Below are positions 12,457 through 24,795 of a stretch of DNA of 64,000 nucleotides, piece by piece. Location of the stretch: contig JAPETS010000011.1 of the NCBI GenBank assembly GCA_026023565.1, forward strand, positions 124,001 through 188,000, given 5' to 3'. The notes under the pieces are model-generated. The model was not told the DNA's origin. It was given only the letters and a program-made list of their open reading frames with translations, and ran no database searches. The first letter of the stretch is position 1. Each line of letters begins with the position of its first letter. This stretch comes from Cirrosporium novae-zelandiae (taxonomy: Eukaryota). The translations under genes and the position numbers were made by a program.

Positions 12457-13161
12457 CTACATGCACCCAACACACCAACAATCAACTTGCACAACCGCAG
12501 CGGACCTAGCCACCTGGATATGCGCAAGTATGTAAGCGCGAGAAAGATATTCATATTTTCCACCGACAGTCAAGCGCTATTTCACATTCATTTATTTGAT
12601 TAGCCAACCATCCAAACTCCCCATGACCAATATCTATAGGGAGCCCCCCCCCCCCCCCTCCAAAAAAGAAGAAACAAATACTCACAATCCGACTCCATTG
12701 CTCTGAACCCGCCCCAACACCCACCTCCTGAACGAGAAAACTCTCACCGTCATTGGATTGACCGTACACGAGGATTTCAGGGTACTGAACTGTTTCGTTC
12801 CCGATCTTGTACGCGGTTGGATAAGCGATGCTGTGATAGATGGTACCGTTGAGGGAAGGACCAGTTATCGTTCCGTTGATTATGGGCTCGACTGGTAAGG
12901 TAGGTGCTGTAAGTAATGTGTTTGCTTAGAGGGAGGGGGGGGGTTGTCCCAACTTAGGTGTCAGGGTCAGGGGTATTGCGTACTCAGCTGCTCGCCTCCG
13001 GGTATAGGGATCGGATTTAGGGGTTTATCCACGTTTAGGCTTACGCGGAATAGGTATTCCAGGGGTGGTAGAGTCGAAGGTGCTGCTTCTGACGAGGAGG
13101 TTGGAGTAGCTAGGGAAAGTAGGGGGAGGACGAAGGCGAGGAGTGCTGCTGAGATCTGCAT
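12457..13161 (-). CDS. Small secreted protein, DUF3237/UPF0311-like beta-barrel
   Basis: 3 exons deduced from GT/AG and branch sites. Signal peptide MQISAALLAFVLPLLSLA; LEYLFRVSLNV..P.PIPGG, IEPIINGTITGPSLNGTI, YGQSNDGE, RLTVGGKYEYL. Confidence 0.7.
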
Positions 13162-14967
13162 GGTTGAAAGGTTGGATTTCTTGTCTTGTCTGATATATAT
13201 GCTGGTTATAGACGGACGGACGGGAGGGCGTTGGATGCTTTTTAGTGTTGTTGATGAAGATGGATGGAGATGGCTTGGTTGGTATATTTGGTTTTGGTTT
13301 TGAGCTGAGTGAGGTGAATGGTAGAATGGGAACGTGGTATAATTTATAGCATCTTTCCCTCTCTGCCTCTTCTCTCTGTCCCACAATGAAATGGTGGAGT
13401 ATCCAAGTTCAAGTTCAGCCTCAAGGGATTCCCATAGCAGCTATTGCATTGTTCCGCACGTATAACCCCTGCTAAAAAACACAAAAGTATACAGCAGTAA
13501 CCCCCCCCCGCAGGTGAGAGAGAACCTAGGAGATTTGCCCCTACCCTCTCAAACAGCCACATACATCGTGCGGCATTCTGGTCCATTCAATTTAGATCCG
13601 TAAGTTAATCTCTTCTTCTTCATCTTGAAGGGCTAGCTGATTAGCTGATCAGAGGATTGATTGATTACGGCCGTAAGGGATCTTTTGTTAGGATAGCATT
13701 TTGGCCTTTTGACTTTTGGGTTCAGGCTTGTTAATTATTAGCCCTAATATATCTTGGTGAATATGTTATACATGTACAGTACTAGGAAGAAAGAAATGGA
13801 TATTTCTAACTGGCTGACGTCAGGGGGGAAATCTTATTCCTATGTTATTCCTATATATATATATTTTGCTCTCGTACGTACCGTATGATGCATAAAGAGG
13901 TGAATGGATAAGGTGGACGGAACCTAGTAGGACCTATAATCAAAACTTCGATTATCTACCTAGGTGATGCAAGGTCTCTCTTCTCTTCTGTCCGATCATG
14001 ATCCACAGGATATAGATCTACAGTAAGCTACCTCCACCAAGAAGGTTAAGAACGATGCAAGATTCCCTAAAAACCCTAATCTTAAAAAAAAAAAAAAAAA
14101 CGGGCGCACGCATCCTTCTAGCCACAGATATCTACAAAAGGATTTCAAAACTATCTAACTTAATGGGCTGAAAAACAAAAACAAAATAAAACAAGGTCGT
14201 GGCTAAAATAATTCCCTTGATTACATATCTTTCTTCTTTTGGTACATGATCTATGTGTTTAGTAACTATTACTTCTATGTACGTGCGTACGTACGTAATT
14301 AAGTAAGGAAGTAAGCAACCAGAGTTGATTTTGAGGCTGAGACAAGGTTGTTTTGATTGTGGGGGAGTACCTTTTCTTTTGTTTAGCTACTAGGCGCTGA
14401 TGGATGATGGTGTGGGGTGCATGCATGCACGCATCATCATTACCCCTTATTTTAGCAGTCTCCCTTTTTTTTATTTCATTCGTGGGGCAATATGGCTGTC
14501 TCCACGATTTCCTCGTGATGATATTGATACGGACTAAGATGTGGGGCGCGATGATTTGGCGCGAAAGGATATATTTGATGGAGCTCGTTAGAGGGGGAGG
14601 GGTAGTTCTCTCTCATCACGGGATTTAGGGTAGGAGGATGAAAGGGGAAATATATTTACGTTAGGGGAGGGGAGAGGGGAGCAGCCTTATCGGAACGACA
14701 TGCTTTTGCTGTTGCTGCTGCATTGTTATGTAATAGGGCTACTTTAAGTTAGTCTTCACTGTCAGAGAATCGCTTATTTTAATTCATATTCATAATGAGA
14801 AAATATCTAGCTATTAGCTAACATGCTTGAAAGAGAACAGGTCCCTCACGCGCTTGAACAAACAAATAAATTCGAGTCATTCATTTCATCTTATATCATC
14901 CTATATCGTACTGACATTCAGTTTCCAACCTCTTCTTCCTCAGCTACTTCATTGTCATTGTCATAAT

Positions 14968-15731
14968 CTACATGAAGGCAAGCCCAACCACAGCTGCTAT
15001 TATTGCGGTCCCGGCCATTGAGGCTCTCACCATAGCGCTTCCACTTGAACTGCTGTCGTCGTCCTCATCTGCAGTGACGTTGAAGCACATTCCATTGCTA
15101 GTAAACGAACTCGCTGAAATGTATTGGATGTCGGCGCATGCATAATAGGTTTCATTGTCGGTATCGCCTCCAAAGTCCGATGTATACTTGAGCTGAAGAG
15201 TACCATTCGTGCCTGCTCCGATGCCGCTTGCGGGATCAGAAACAGTGTAGCACTGGTGGCCAGGCTCTACCTCCGCAATCCTGCTGCTGTTGATGAGCAT
15301 TGAGAAGTCGGAATTCGAGGTTGGGTCTGCGTTGAGTTAGAAGGCTCATGGATCTTCTGTTATGGTAGGATGGATAAGTGCCCGCTCACTGTTGTCATAT
15401 GAAACTGCAACCTCGACGTTCCAGGAATCGTCTTGAATGACGAGTGAGACATATCCACCGGCTGGGTCAAATTAGCTGTGCCTAGAAGAGGGGATGTTGA
15501 AACAGTCATGAAAGGCACTCGCTACTAACTTAGAGGGAAGTTTGTTCTGTTGCCAACACCTGCAGAGCTACCGCACGGAGCAGTGTTATCTTGGCTAGCT
15601 GACCACGTACGATCGGAGGGCCACAAAAAGGCGACAGGACCCATGTCATCGGCAGTAACAGTGTCGTCATCATCTCCACGAACCTGGGTGATGGCAGCAA
15701 GGGCCACCGCTGCAACTTGGAAGAAACGCAT
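14968..15731 (-). CDS. GPI-anchored BIM1/X325 (LPMO-like copper acquisition factor)-like protein
   Basis: 3 exons (15731-15530, 15461-15390, 15326-14968). Signal peptide, WP.DR.W...DNTAPCG, NRTNFPL, GHQCY, GTNGTLQLKY, YYACADI, Ser-rich spacer and hydrophobic GPI tail. Confidence 0.75.
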
Positions 15732-17269
15732 GGTATGTATAATAGATAGAGTAATGGTGAGTGGAATCTCAAGATGGATGCTAAACGTTCTCAGGATGTC
15801 TGTCTGACTTTGGAGAACGCCGGCTATGATTTATATATCCTTTTTTTCCGCAACGGCAGAAGTGGAGGGAACAAATGCAACTCGGCAGCAGATAATAACC
15901 ACCGTCACATCGGCGATTCGCTTCGCTTAGTAGAAAGGTTCTAAACAAGATTAAAGGAAAACAATAAGGTAGGAAAAACTGGAATTAATCTTGGTGGGAC
16001 TATGATCCGATGGGTCTATCGGAACATAGTACTAGATCAGGGAACAGCGATGCGTTCCTATCAATTCGGAGCCACGGCAATGATATACAATACGAGAATT
16101 GGGGGGATATATGGTAAGGAAAGAGTGTGATAGTAGCAGGAGACAGTGGCCTTGGACAGCCGCTTGCTGTAACTTGGCAGAAGAGGAAGGATAGGATCTG
16201 CCGATGAAGACGAGTAAAAAACAGCCATTCGAATCGAATCTATCCGAATACTGTGGTGGAAGTGGAGCAAGTTTGAAGAAGTAGCATTCTCTATGGAGGA
16301 AATGTGAGCAAGTTGGAAGAATTCATGGCGTTTTGCTGGAAGAATCCAAGGTGAAAGGTGAAAGCCAACGAAGACCAGTTGGGGAGCCAAGGAGCGGAGA
16401 ATTGATTAGCGTGGAAAAATCATGAGATCTAATCTTATCAATCAGGAAGCCTGACAACTTTGACTGGCTAGTGGTCCCTGGGTTTGTCTTGGCCTCACCC
16501 CATAGTCGGCCCTAATCTTATCAGATGGCGTCCTTAGCTGCCTGAAATTATCACCAGCTACCCTCTATGACCATCACAAAATGCAACTATAGTAGCTAAC
16601 CAGCTAACTTCCTTACAAATTCTACTTTTTGTCTTTTGTTTTTATTGTTTCTCTTTTCCTCTTTCTGAACCCTCCGAAGCTCTTCGGATGCAACGGAACC
16701 TTGAAGAGTTGGACACCTACTTCTAGCCTCCCCCATATGGTTCAATTGGGTTGTTTTCCTTCAAGAGCACAATATACAAAATGACTCCGAAATGATTCAT
16801 CCAAGCTCCACATTCTTTCTATGACCGAACTCCGGAGCTCAGTCATCATTGTTTAAGCTACTATCTTTCACCCGGGAAAATTCATCATCTCATTAGTCCC
16901 CGTATTACTGCTCAGTTCTACTCCGCTATTTGGATTAGATGTGATCGAGATTCTTTGAACCCAACAGCCATTGAGCCTTTCTATTGCTGTATTCATGATC
17001 AATTAATATAAATCCTAGCCCATTTTTGAAACCAGGCACTAGACTATTACCTAACCTATTTTGATGTGGGATTATTTGGATAGCTCCCGTGTGAGTTGAG
17101 GCTAAGAAGGGATGTTATAACTTTGGCTGATATAAATATTCGACATGTCCCCTCCAAGACTACCTGCACTCTGCCAGCCCCAACACCATCAGTTAATTTA
17201 TTGTTGCATCTGAAGATCTCTGCATCATACTAGTCTACAAGATTCGTCTATTCGTTACTACCTACAACC

Positions 17270-17963
17270 ATGCATTCATTCACTGCCGCAGCCTTGTGCG
17301 TACTGCCTATTTTGGCGAGGGCTTTTGAGTTACCCGACACCGTCCCTCTTGATAGACGCATGGAGGTTGATAAGCGCATGGACGCTGCTGAGTATGAGTG
17401 TCATGAGGATTGCGGTTCGTCCATGCTAGATAATTTAGGAATTTCTGTTACTGACAATGAGCCCTCTAAGGCACTGTTATCATCATCGGGAGATCTAGTG
17501 ACTATTGCGACAATACAACGTTCACCGAAGACTTGTCGGATTGTCTTGATTGCGCCCTGGAGTATGATATCTGGCAGTACTATGGGGATGATGTTGCCAG
17601 TGCGGCGGAATCCTGTGGTCTAGACGCCACTCCAGTGTCGGCCACATCGAGCGCCAGCGTAGCCTCTGCAACTGCAGCTTCCGCGGCCACAACTGAAGCT
17701 GTGGCTGCTTCTACTACGGCGGCTTCTAGTTCAGCTGCCATTACCTCAGCTGCCACCACAAGTGGATCAAACTCCAGCTCCAATGTGAGTTAAACCCACG
17801 TTTCTATAGCTTGACAGGCAATTCTAATTCATTACAGGCATCGATCTCAGCTACTGCTTCGCCTACTGCGTCCTCGTTTACCGGCGGTGTCGCTCGCTCT
17901 AGTGTTCTGAATAATATTTTTGCTACTCTGGTTGTTGTTGGCCTAGGCCTTGCTCTTATTTAA
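17270..17963 (+). CDS. Secreted Cys-rich, Ser/Ala/Thr-rich GPI-anchored cell-surface protein of unknown function
   Basis: 3 exons (17270-17414, 17471-17784, 17838-17963). Signal peptide, RR/KR sites, six-Cys domain CHEDCG..YC..DCLDCA..IWQYYG..SCG, S/A/T stalk, FTGG plus hydrophobic tail. Confidence 0.85.
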
Positions 17964-18589
17964 TGGAGAAGAAGTAGGGAATCCATGTAGGCTTGGAGGT
18001 GAAGCCATAATGTTGTTTGAAATATAACGAGGCATACTAGGAGATGATACTTTCTAGGACGACCGTTATGCCGATAGGCATGTACTTATAAATTTCATGG
18101 TGTGAGTAGCGATGGGGGCTTTGGTTCCTTCGCTTTTATGATGATTATCCTCAGGGGGATTTCTATTGATCAATTCTTATTATATTCATATTCTATCAAC
18201 CTATTTCCTCCAGGAGTCTAATGCTCACTACTAAGTCTTCGATCAGATAAGATTATATTGATTACATGATGACAAGTAACCTAAGCGACGATCTTTGAGG
18301 GCATTTCTAAAATTCAAGAAATACTAGTGACTTGTCAAGACTGTTTAATCTGGAAGTGCAATCCTTTGAATTTACTAACCCCTTCCCTAAGTAAAAGGTA
18401 GGAATCAGAATATACACTTGCTGAGTGTAGAATTATTTACATGGAATAGGATGTACAAGTCCATCACCTCAGTATCCTCCATCTGCAAGTTTACACAGTA
18501 ACCTGGTTTTCCCGGAATAAACTATTTTTTGTTATTACCCCATATCTTTCTCAAGTCCGGTAAGTTCCACCACCGTAAGACCGACCCAC

Positions 18590-19392
18590 TTAAACCATTG
18601 CTGGCAGATAAATCTTCTCAATAGTCCAGGTCTTTCCATTGTCGGCGGTAACCATATCGGTATAGGTGACACCGGTGCCGGCAACGGCAGTGCTCGAAAA
18701 ATCAGCATCGGCTTCCTCCAGTTCGATCACGGTATTATAGTAATACTGGGGTGAGGTGCTGCCAACACACTCATCATCACATTCGGTACCGGTACCCCAA
18801 CCAGTCATGTGACCGGAAGCATGGGAAAGGGTACTAAGCTCGTCGCCTGTAGCGGTATCGGTGACGAGCTGGGTCCACCAGGTTTCATTGGCGCTGCGTG
18901 TGTAGGAGATTGTTATGTTCTGGTCGCCGTCAATGGCAGAAGCTGAACCATCTGTTATGGGAGTGGAAATCAGTACTACTCTCGGCATGGACAGCGGATC
19001 GGACTCGGCACTCATGATGTCTCCCACGCATGGGCACAGGTACAGCGAACTTGACAAAGGGAAATATATGGCATAAACTCACCGATCTGTCCGAAGGAGC
19101 CAAATAAACTTGCTCTCACACACCACTGCGACGAGGTCGCCCCACACCAGCTATTATCTTCCCATTGCTCGACGGTGCTCTGGATCAAATCGCCAGTTCC
19201 ATTGGACATGCCAGGCCAGACGGTAAGCAAGGTCTTTGGGTCGCATGGTGGATCACCAGGAAGGAGAGTTGTGTTGGCTTGAATGATCCTAGAGGTTGTA
19301 GGACCAAGGGAAAATGCCGGACCCCAGCTGTCAGCCAGGACAGATGGCGCAACGGCCGCCAGAGACACGAGGAGGGTAGTTAAGGAAAGCAT
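18590..19392 (-). CDS. Secreted beta-sandwich protein, remote G1 glutamic-peptidase-like
   Basis: 2 exons, intron 18952-19082. Signal peptide MLSLTTLLVSLAAVAPSVLA; VWPGMSNGTGDLIQ, WCG...QWC, WTQ.V, GWGTGTEC, DNGKTWTI. The gene is well supported; the fold is inferred. Confidence 0.75.
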
Positions 19393-20991
19393 GGTTGATG
19401 GCTGAGGATAAATTGGTTTTGGATTCGAAACTAACGCTACCAGAGCGATATCAAAAGGCAAAAAATTGTGGAAATGAATAATGATAAACTCCAAGCGAAT
19501 TCAAGTGCTGGGATGGCATGGATGGCCCATTATTTATAGGAGTACAGAATTGGAATTATCAAGGAGGTTCCTTCGTCCATTCTAGTGTATAAACAAAATG
19601 GGAATATGTAAACGATGGCCAAGGTTTTATTGAAACAGATAAACGAAGGGGATGGTATTAAATAAATAAAAATATAGATTAACTATTACGAAATGGAAAA
19701 ACCCGGGGTACTCGAGTAGAGATTTAGTTGAGGATCATACCCTTCAGGTCTACGATCATCACTACTGTATCTTGGAATGAATCTCAAGACCTTTTCATAA
19801 GAATAGAGATGAAATAGAAACAGTGGGGGAATAAATTTACACCTTTACTCTCTCTTTCTCTCTCTTTCTTTCTCTCTCTCTCTTTTCTCTCTGTGTCTAG
19901 TTCTCTTGCCCAGGGACAAGTCAAGGGAATATTTCGGAGGTGGAATGAAACGTCGGAGGGAAAGTGAAAAAAAAGAGTAGAAGAACCTTCTCAATGACGG
20001 ACTGCCGGTCCCGCCTGTCAAGTCAGTCACGTGGTAATTACATCTGATTAATTACGAGACTAGACTAGACTACCACGTAATTAATCCTAAAATGGTAATC
20101 ATCGTATTTTGGCTTTGAGCCACCAGAACCAGATTAAATACTAGTAAGTCTAATTAATTACTTGAATGATATGTCCTGTCCATTTGTCGAGGATGATAAT
20201 ACAACCTGCCTATGTTTTCTTTTTTTCCTCTTTTTTCTTTCTTCTTTTCTTCTTCTTTGTCTTTATTTTTTAACCTATGAAATGCATAAAAAGCATAAGA
20301 AACAAAAACCCAAAACTCAAAAGTGAGACATAAAACAAATTTAAAATTTAAAGTTGTCATAATGCCTACCGCCTTACCGAGAATTCTTATTTTCTTCATC
20401 CCTAATCAATAACTAATGATTTGATATCATAACAAATCATCTTCATTCGTGACGCGATATGGGATGGACCGTCAATTGCCAACCTTGAAATGCTTAGCTA
20501 TTGCTTAGTTGCCCTTGTCATGGCTACCGGTACCTAACTGAGCTTCACCTCCATCCAGGGTCCAGGGAATATTATTCAAAAGTGCAACCCCATTGTCCCT
20601 TAAAGGTATATCCTCTCAGTCCCCTGGTCTCCGACAGACCCCATTAACCCGTATAGGTAATATTCGACACCTCTCCACTGTTAGAATGACGAGGGGTAAT
20701 GCTGGTTAGTCTCCATTGATAGAATCTTTTTGAATGAACCTTCTATCTTTCCTTACGTCAAGCCAGATATAGTCAGATTTTTAAGATTGAGGACTGATTA
20801 TACAACCAATTGTCAGCATACTCTTCTTTTGTAGATTGTTTCTCTTCCAAGGGCACTGTATGCTTTTAAAATGATTCGGAAGCCCAACTCTGGTTGTGGT
20901 TTATTTTGTGTTCTCATTAATCCTCTTCCATCTTCATAAACCATACTTTAGAAATCTCCCCTCTTTGCAGAGAGCTCCGCCGGCCTTCAAA

Positions 20992-22144
20992 ATGCCCTCC
21001 TTAAGTTACCCCGTTGCCTTTTCCCTTTTGCTCCCTCTGGTGTTAGCTTATGATCCCACCTTTGCCTTCGACTCCCACGTCGTCGAAGTTGAGAACCGGA
21101 CATTAAGCCAGATTTACCAGGCTGCTTTGTCTGAAGGGGGGACTGTCGTGCTTTGGCACGGAGGCGATGAGACGAACCAACAGGATGCTTTGAAAGAAGC
21201 CTTTGAAGCGCGTTTCCCAGGAATGTCGCTTAACTTGACTGTTGACTTGTCTAAATACCATGATTCAAACATTGACACGCAACTTGCCACAGACAATCTC
21301 ACTGTGGACAGCGCCATCTTACAAACTGTACATGATTACCCTCGTTGGAAACTGGAGGGTGCCTTGAAGCATTACATACCCTTGGACTTCGAATCCATTT
21401 ATGACGCGTTCAAAGACGAGGATGGTGCCTATTACGGTATGTACGTATTTGGTTGGTCCAATGTCTGGAACACGGAATATGTGAGCCAGGGCCCCGTGGA
21501 ATTCACCGACTATTTGAAATCGGAATTCAAGAACAAATTAGTCTTGACATATCCAAATGACGATGATGCGGTTCTGTATGCGTTTTATCTGATGTGAGTA
21601 TAATTTCTGGGGGATGTCCTTTCGAGGCATGATCGTTTGGCTAACTCTTTCCGATAGTATGCAACAATATGGCACTTCCTGGTTCGACTCTCTGCTTTCT
21701 CAGAACCCTCGTTGGGTTCGTGGCACTGGTACTCCAGCCACACTGATGGCCAGCAGCAATGGCTCTTACACGGCATCATTCACTGGTTCTATTGGTCTTG
21801 TTGCTAGCTCACCGTTCAACATTTCCTATCCCACCCAAGGGCAATTCGTGTCATGGCCGCAGACAGGGGCGATTTTCAAGGATGCCCCTCATCCCGAAGG
21901 AGCAAAGCTACTCCACAACTATATTCTGAGCCAGGAGTATCAAAATAAAACAGGATCATGGAGCGTAAGGACCGACATGACTCCTCCGGGGGGGAAACCA
22001 AAGATTATGGAGATGCCCGGAACCGACCCAACCAAGTTTATGGACTTCATGCTTGATAGGCCGCGCGTTGAGAGACTGAGGTTTTGGTTCGAAGAGCGCT
22101 TGGGTTCGGCGCAAGGGAAGAGTCCATTGATCGATGATTTATAG
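20992..22144 (+). CDS. Secreted bacterial-type (class II) solute-binding protein, ABC Fe3+/polyamine/thiamine SBP-like
   Basis: 2 exons, intron 21594-21657. Signal peptide; IYQAALSEGG, WHGGDE, FEARFPG, VDLSKYHD, LQTVHDYPRWK, KDEDG, KLVLTYPNDDD, AIFKDAPHPEGAKL. Confidence 0.88.
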
Positions 22145-23357
22145 ATCAATAACGACAACCAGTCAAATAACCCCCCCCCCCCAATCTTATCCATTGCATT
22201 AGACGCCAAGCAGGACAATTCAGTCTTGGGACATAGGATTATAATAGTGATTTTGTATATAAATTGGGAGAAGAATGTACTATTAGTTTTGAATGCATTT
22301 TAAGCTTATACAAGCTTAACTTGATTGGGGGGCTTCCGTCATTTATATTTTCTCCATGTAGTCTCCAAGCTGACTTCGAGGTTATTTCAGTATTGCAACC
22401 TGACTCTTACGATCTGGTGAGGTTGCTGTTCAGCCATCGGATGCGAAACCCCGAAGGAGGGGCCGGATGGCGATGTCTTACTATCTCATACACGGTAGGC
22501 TATCTCAACGAGATCTGCATGAGATACTAGCTAATCCCACTTTAGTACAGGATACTAAAAGGATGAAATTCTCCGGTATTTAAATTGTGCAGAATATTTA
22601 CTTTAATCTTCCTGAGTGAATTTTGTGAATACAAGACTTCTGCAATTGAGCGTCTGGCTCCGGACCTATAGAAAGGGGAGAGATTAACGAACATCAGAAA
22701 CGGCGATGCATATCTATTTAAAGCTATGCTTGGCTTTTCAACTAGGGCTTAGTTGTATCGTATCTCAAAACATGCTTCTACTATTGTGCCGAAACCCCCG
22801 CCGATGTGCACGCATGGCGGCTTCAGAGAAAATCATATATGCAAATAGCACTTTATATCAAAACTCTTGTACAGAAATTATTCAATTGGGAAGTTGGGTG
22901 CGGCGAATCAACATCCGATCAAATGTGGGCCATCCGGAACGATCCTACTTCACCCTTGCTATTCAGATATCAGACCCTTGAAACTTCCTTCCTAATTTGT
23001 CTTATTATCGTCCCGCTCTCCGCTTGTTCTTCCGCTTGCACCCCCTCTCTCCAGTTCCGGCTCTGTTTGTTAGATGTTTTACCAAAAGAGTGATGAAGAG
23101 ATATTGCCTTAGCACATTACTGGAGGAGTCTCAAGATCAATTTGGTTCTCTGTCCGGGCTGTTTCAATATAATGATAGTTGAGAGGGTAGTTGCACACTA
23201 TTGGCGGAGTATTCATGTCCGGAAGTGAAACAGGTAACAGAGGACATGTGAATGTTAATCAATTGAATTGTTGTTATAAGACTCTTGTCTCTCTTCAATT
23301 GGTATGCTACTAAGGCTTCTTTGTTGACAACACCATTTGACTTATCTAATATTCACA

Positions 23358-24166
23358 ATGAGGTTCGCGAGTCTCTTCACCCTCATCATCAACCTCTACG
23401 TCTGCGGGGTCTACGGGGTAACATGGTATTTCCTGGAGTACAACCCATCCGGCTCAGGCCAGTATTTCACCGAGTTCTCGGGCACCATGGAAATCCCTAC
23501 CTTGCCGCAGGCCGGCGTTTACTACCTCTGGCCCGGCCTACAGCCAACCGATAACTCGGGCGTCTACCAAAACGTGCTGGACGGAAGATCTGGAACCTGG
23601 TGGCTTGGATCTGGATGGTGCTGTTCCAACCCGAGCCTTGCGTGGGGAAGTGGATTTAATATCGACGGAGGCGATACGGCCACCTTTAGCAACGTCAAGG
23701 GGACGGGTAATTGGACTTCGACACTCACAAAGGGAAGCACTGGAGACACGGTCACAGACAACTTTGCGCTGAGTATTTCCAACCATTTCCTACAATGTTA
23801 CAATGCAACTTCTGGGGATCGCAAAATTAATCGGTGGTATTCGAACATGTAGCTAGCAAGAACTTCAACCAAGCGATATTCGCCATTGAACTATACGATG
23901 AAACCTGGGACTTTGGCTCCCTGACATTCACAGATGTTACTATTGTATGTCATTTTTTTAGTTAAGTTTAAAGTCAATCTTCACGGAAGACTAACATTGC
24001 TTTAATGCAGGTTGCGACAGGAAGCGATAGCAGCACATGGTGCGATACAACCCCAACAAACTATAACAACGCTGCAGAATTCACAGTCAGCGGGGCCACA
24101 GCAACAGTTTCTGGCACAACTGTCACTTGTCACATCGACACGGTCGAATTGATTGGACCAGCTTAA
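23358..24166 (+). CDS. Secreted beta-sandwich protein, remote G1 glutamic-peptidase-like
   Basis: 3 exons (23358-23772, 23853-23944, 24011-24166). Signal peptide; FSGTMEIP, YYLWPGLQP..SGVYQ, NQAIFAIELY, WDFGSLTFTDV. Confidence 0.75.
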
Positions 24167-24795
24167 TAGTCGCCCGATATGTTCGACTTTGAAATGAGAT
24201 GAGACCATCGGTGCGGTATTTTACAATGCAAATACCGTGCACGGTCTAGCGGAAGGGGGGTAGTTGAAACATGTAGTAGAGATCTCGGTAAGAGGATGAA
24301 ACTTGTAAATAACCAATGAAATATTCGAAATATAATCAGATCACACATTATTATTCCTAAAGTAGGTTTATAAACAAAGTTAAAGAAAAAATATCTTTTT
24401 AATAGTCGAAAAAAAAGGAATTATCAAAAAATTATAGACTTTTCGCTGCCTAAGGCCGTAGGGCTAATGCCTTAGGCTTAGGCTTTCTCTTTTGGGCTAG
24501 GCTGAGCCTTGTGGCTTTACTCGAGTATATAAGTAAACGTAGGGCGGCCGTAGTGTAAGGTAGTAATGACTTTTGTCAACACTTAATACTACTCTACAGG
24601 GTAATGTACACTAGTGTTCACGGTACCCTACCTCAAATTATCTAAATAAAATATTGATACTAGTTTTTTTAAAAAAAATTGCTTTAAATTTACGTAATTC
24701 TATTAAATATTTAAAAAGAAAATTGTATTTTTTTAAGGTTAATATAGTGTAGAAAAAAATTAACAGCACCCTAAAAGTATAGGGTTAACGTTAAT

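Noticed and set aside
19844..19895. (CT)n-rich tract and ORF ending REKREREKERE
   Set aside because: Ordinary promoter microsatellite.
20028..20080. ACGTGGTA...TACCACGT inverted repeat with (GACTA)3 in a divergent promoter
   Set aside because: Only 8-bp arms; compatible with chance.
24440..24630. GC-richer island at the block boundary, possibly an LTR or element end
   Set aside because: No second copy or TG..CA/TSD pair found in the window.
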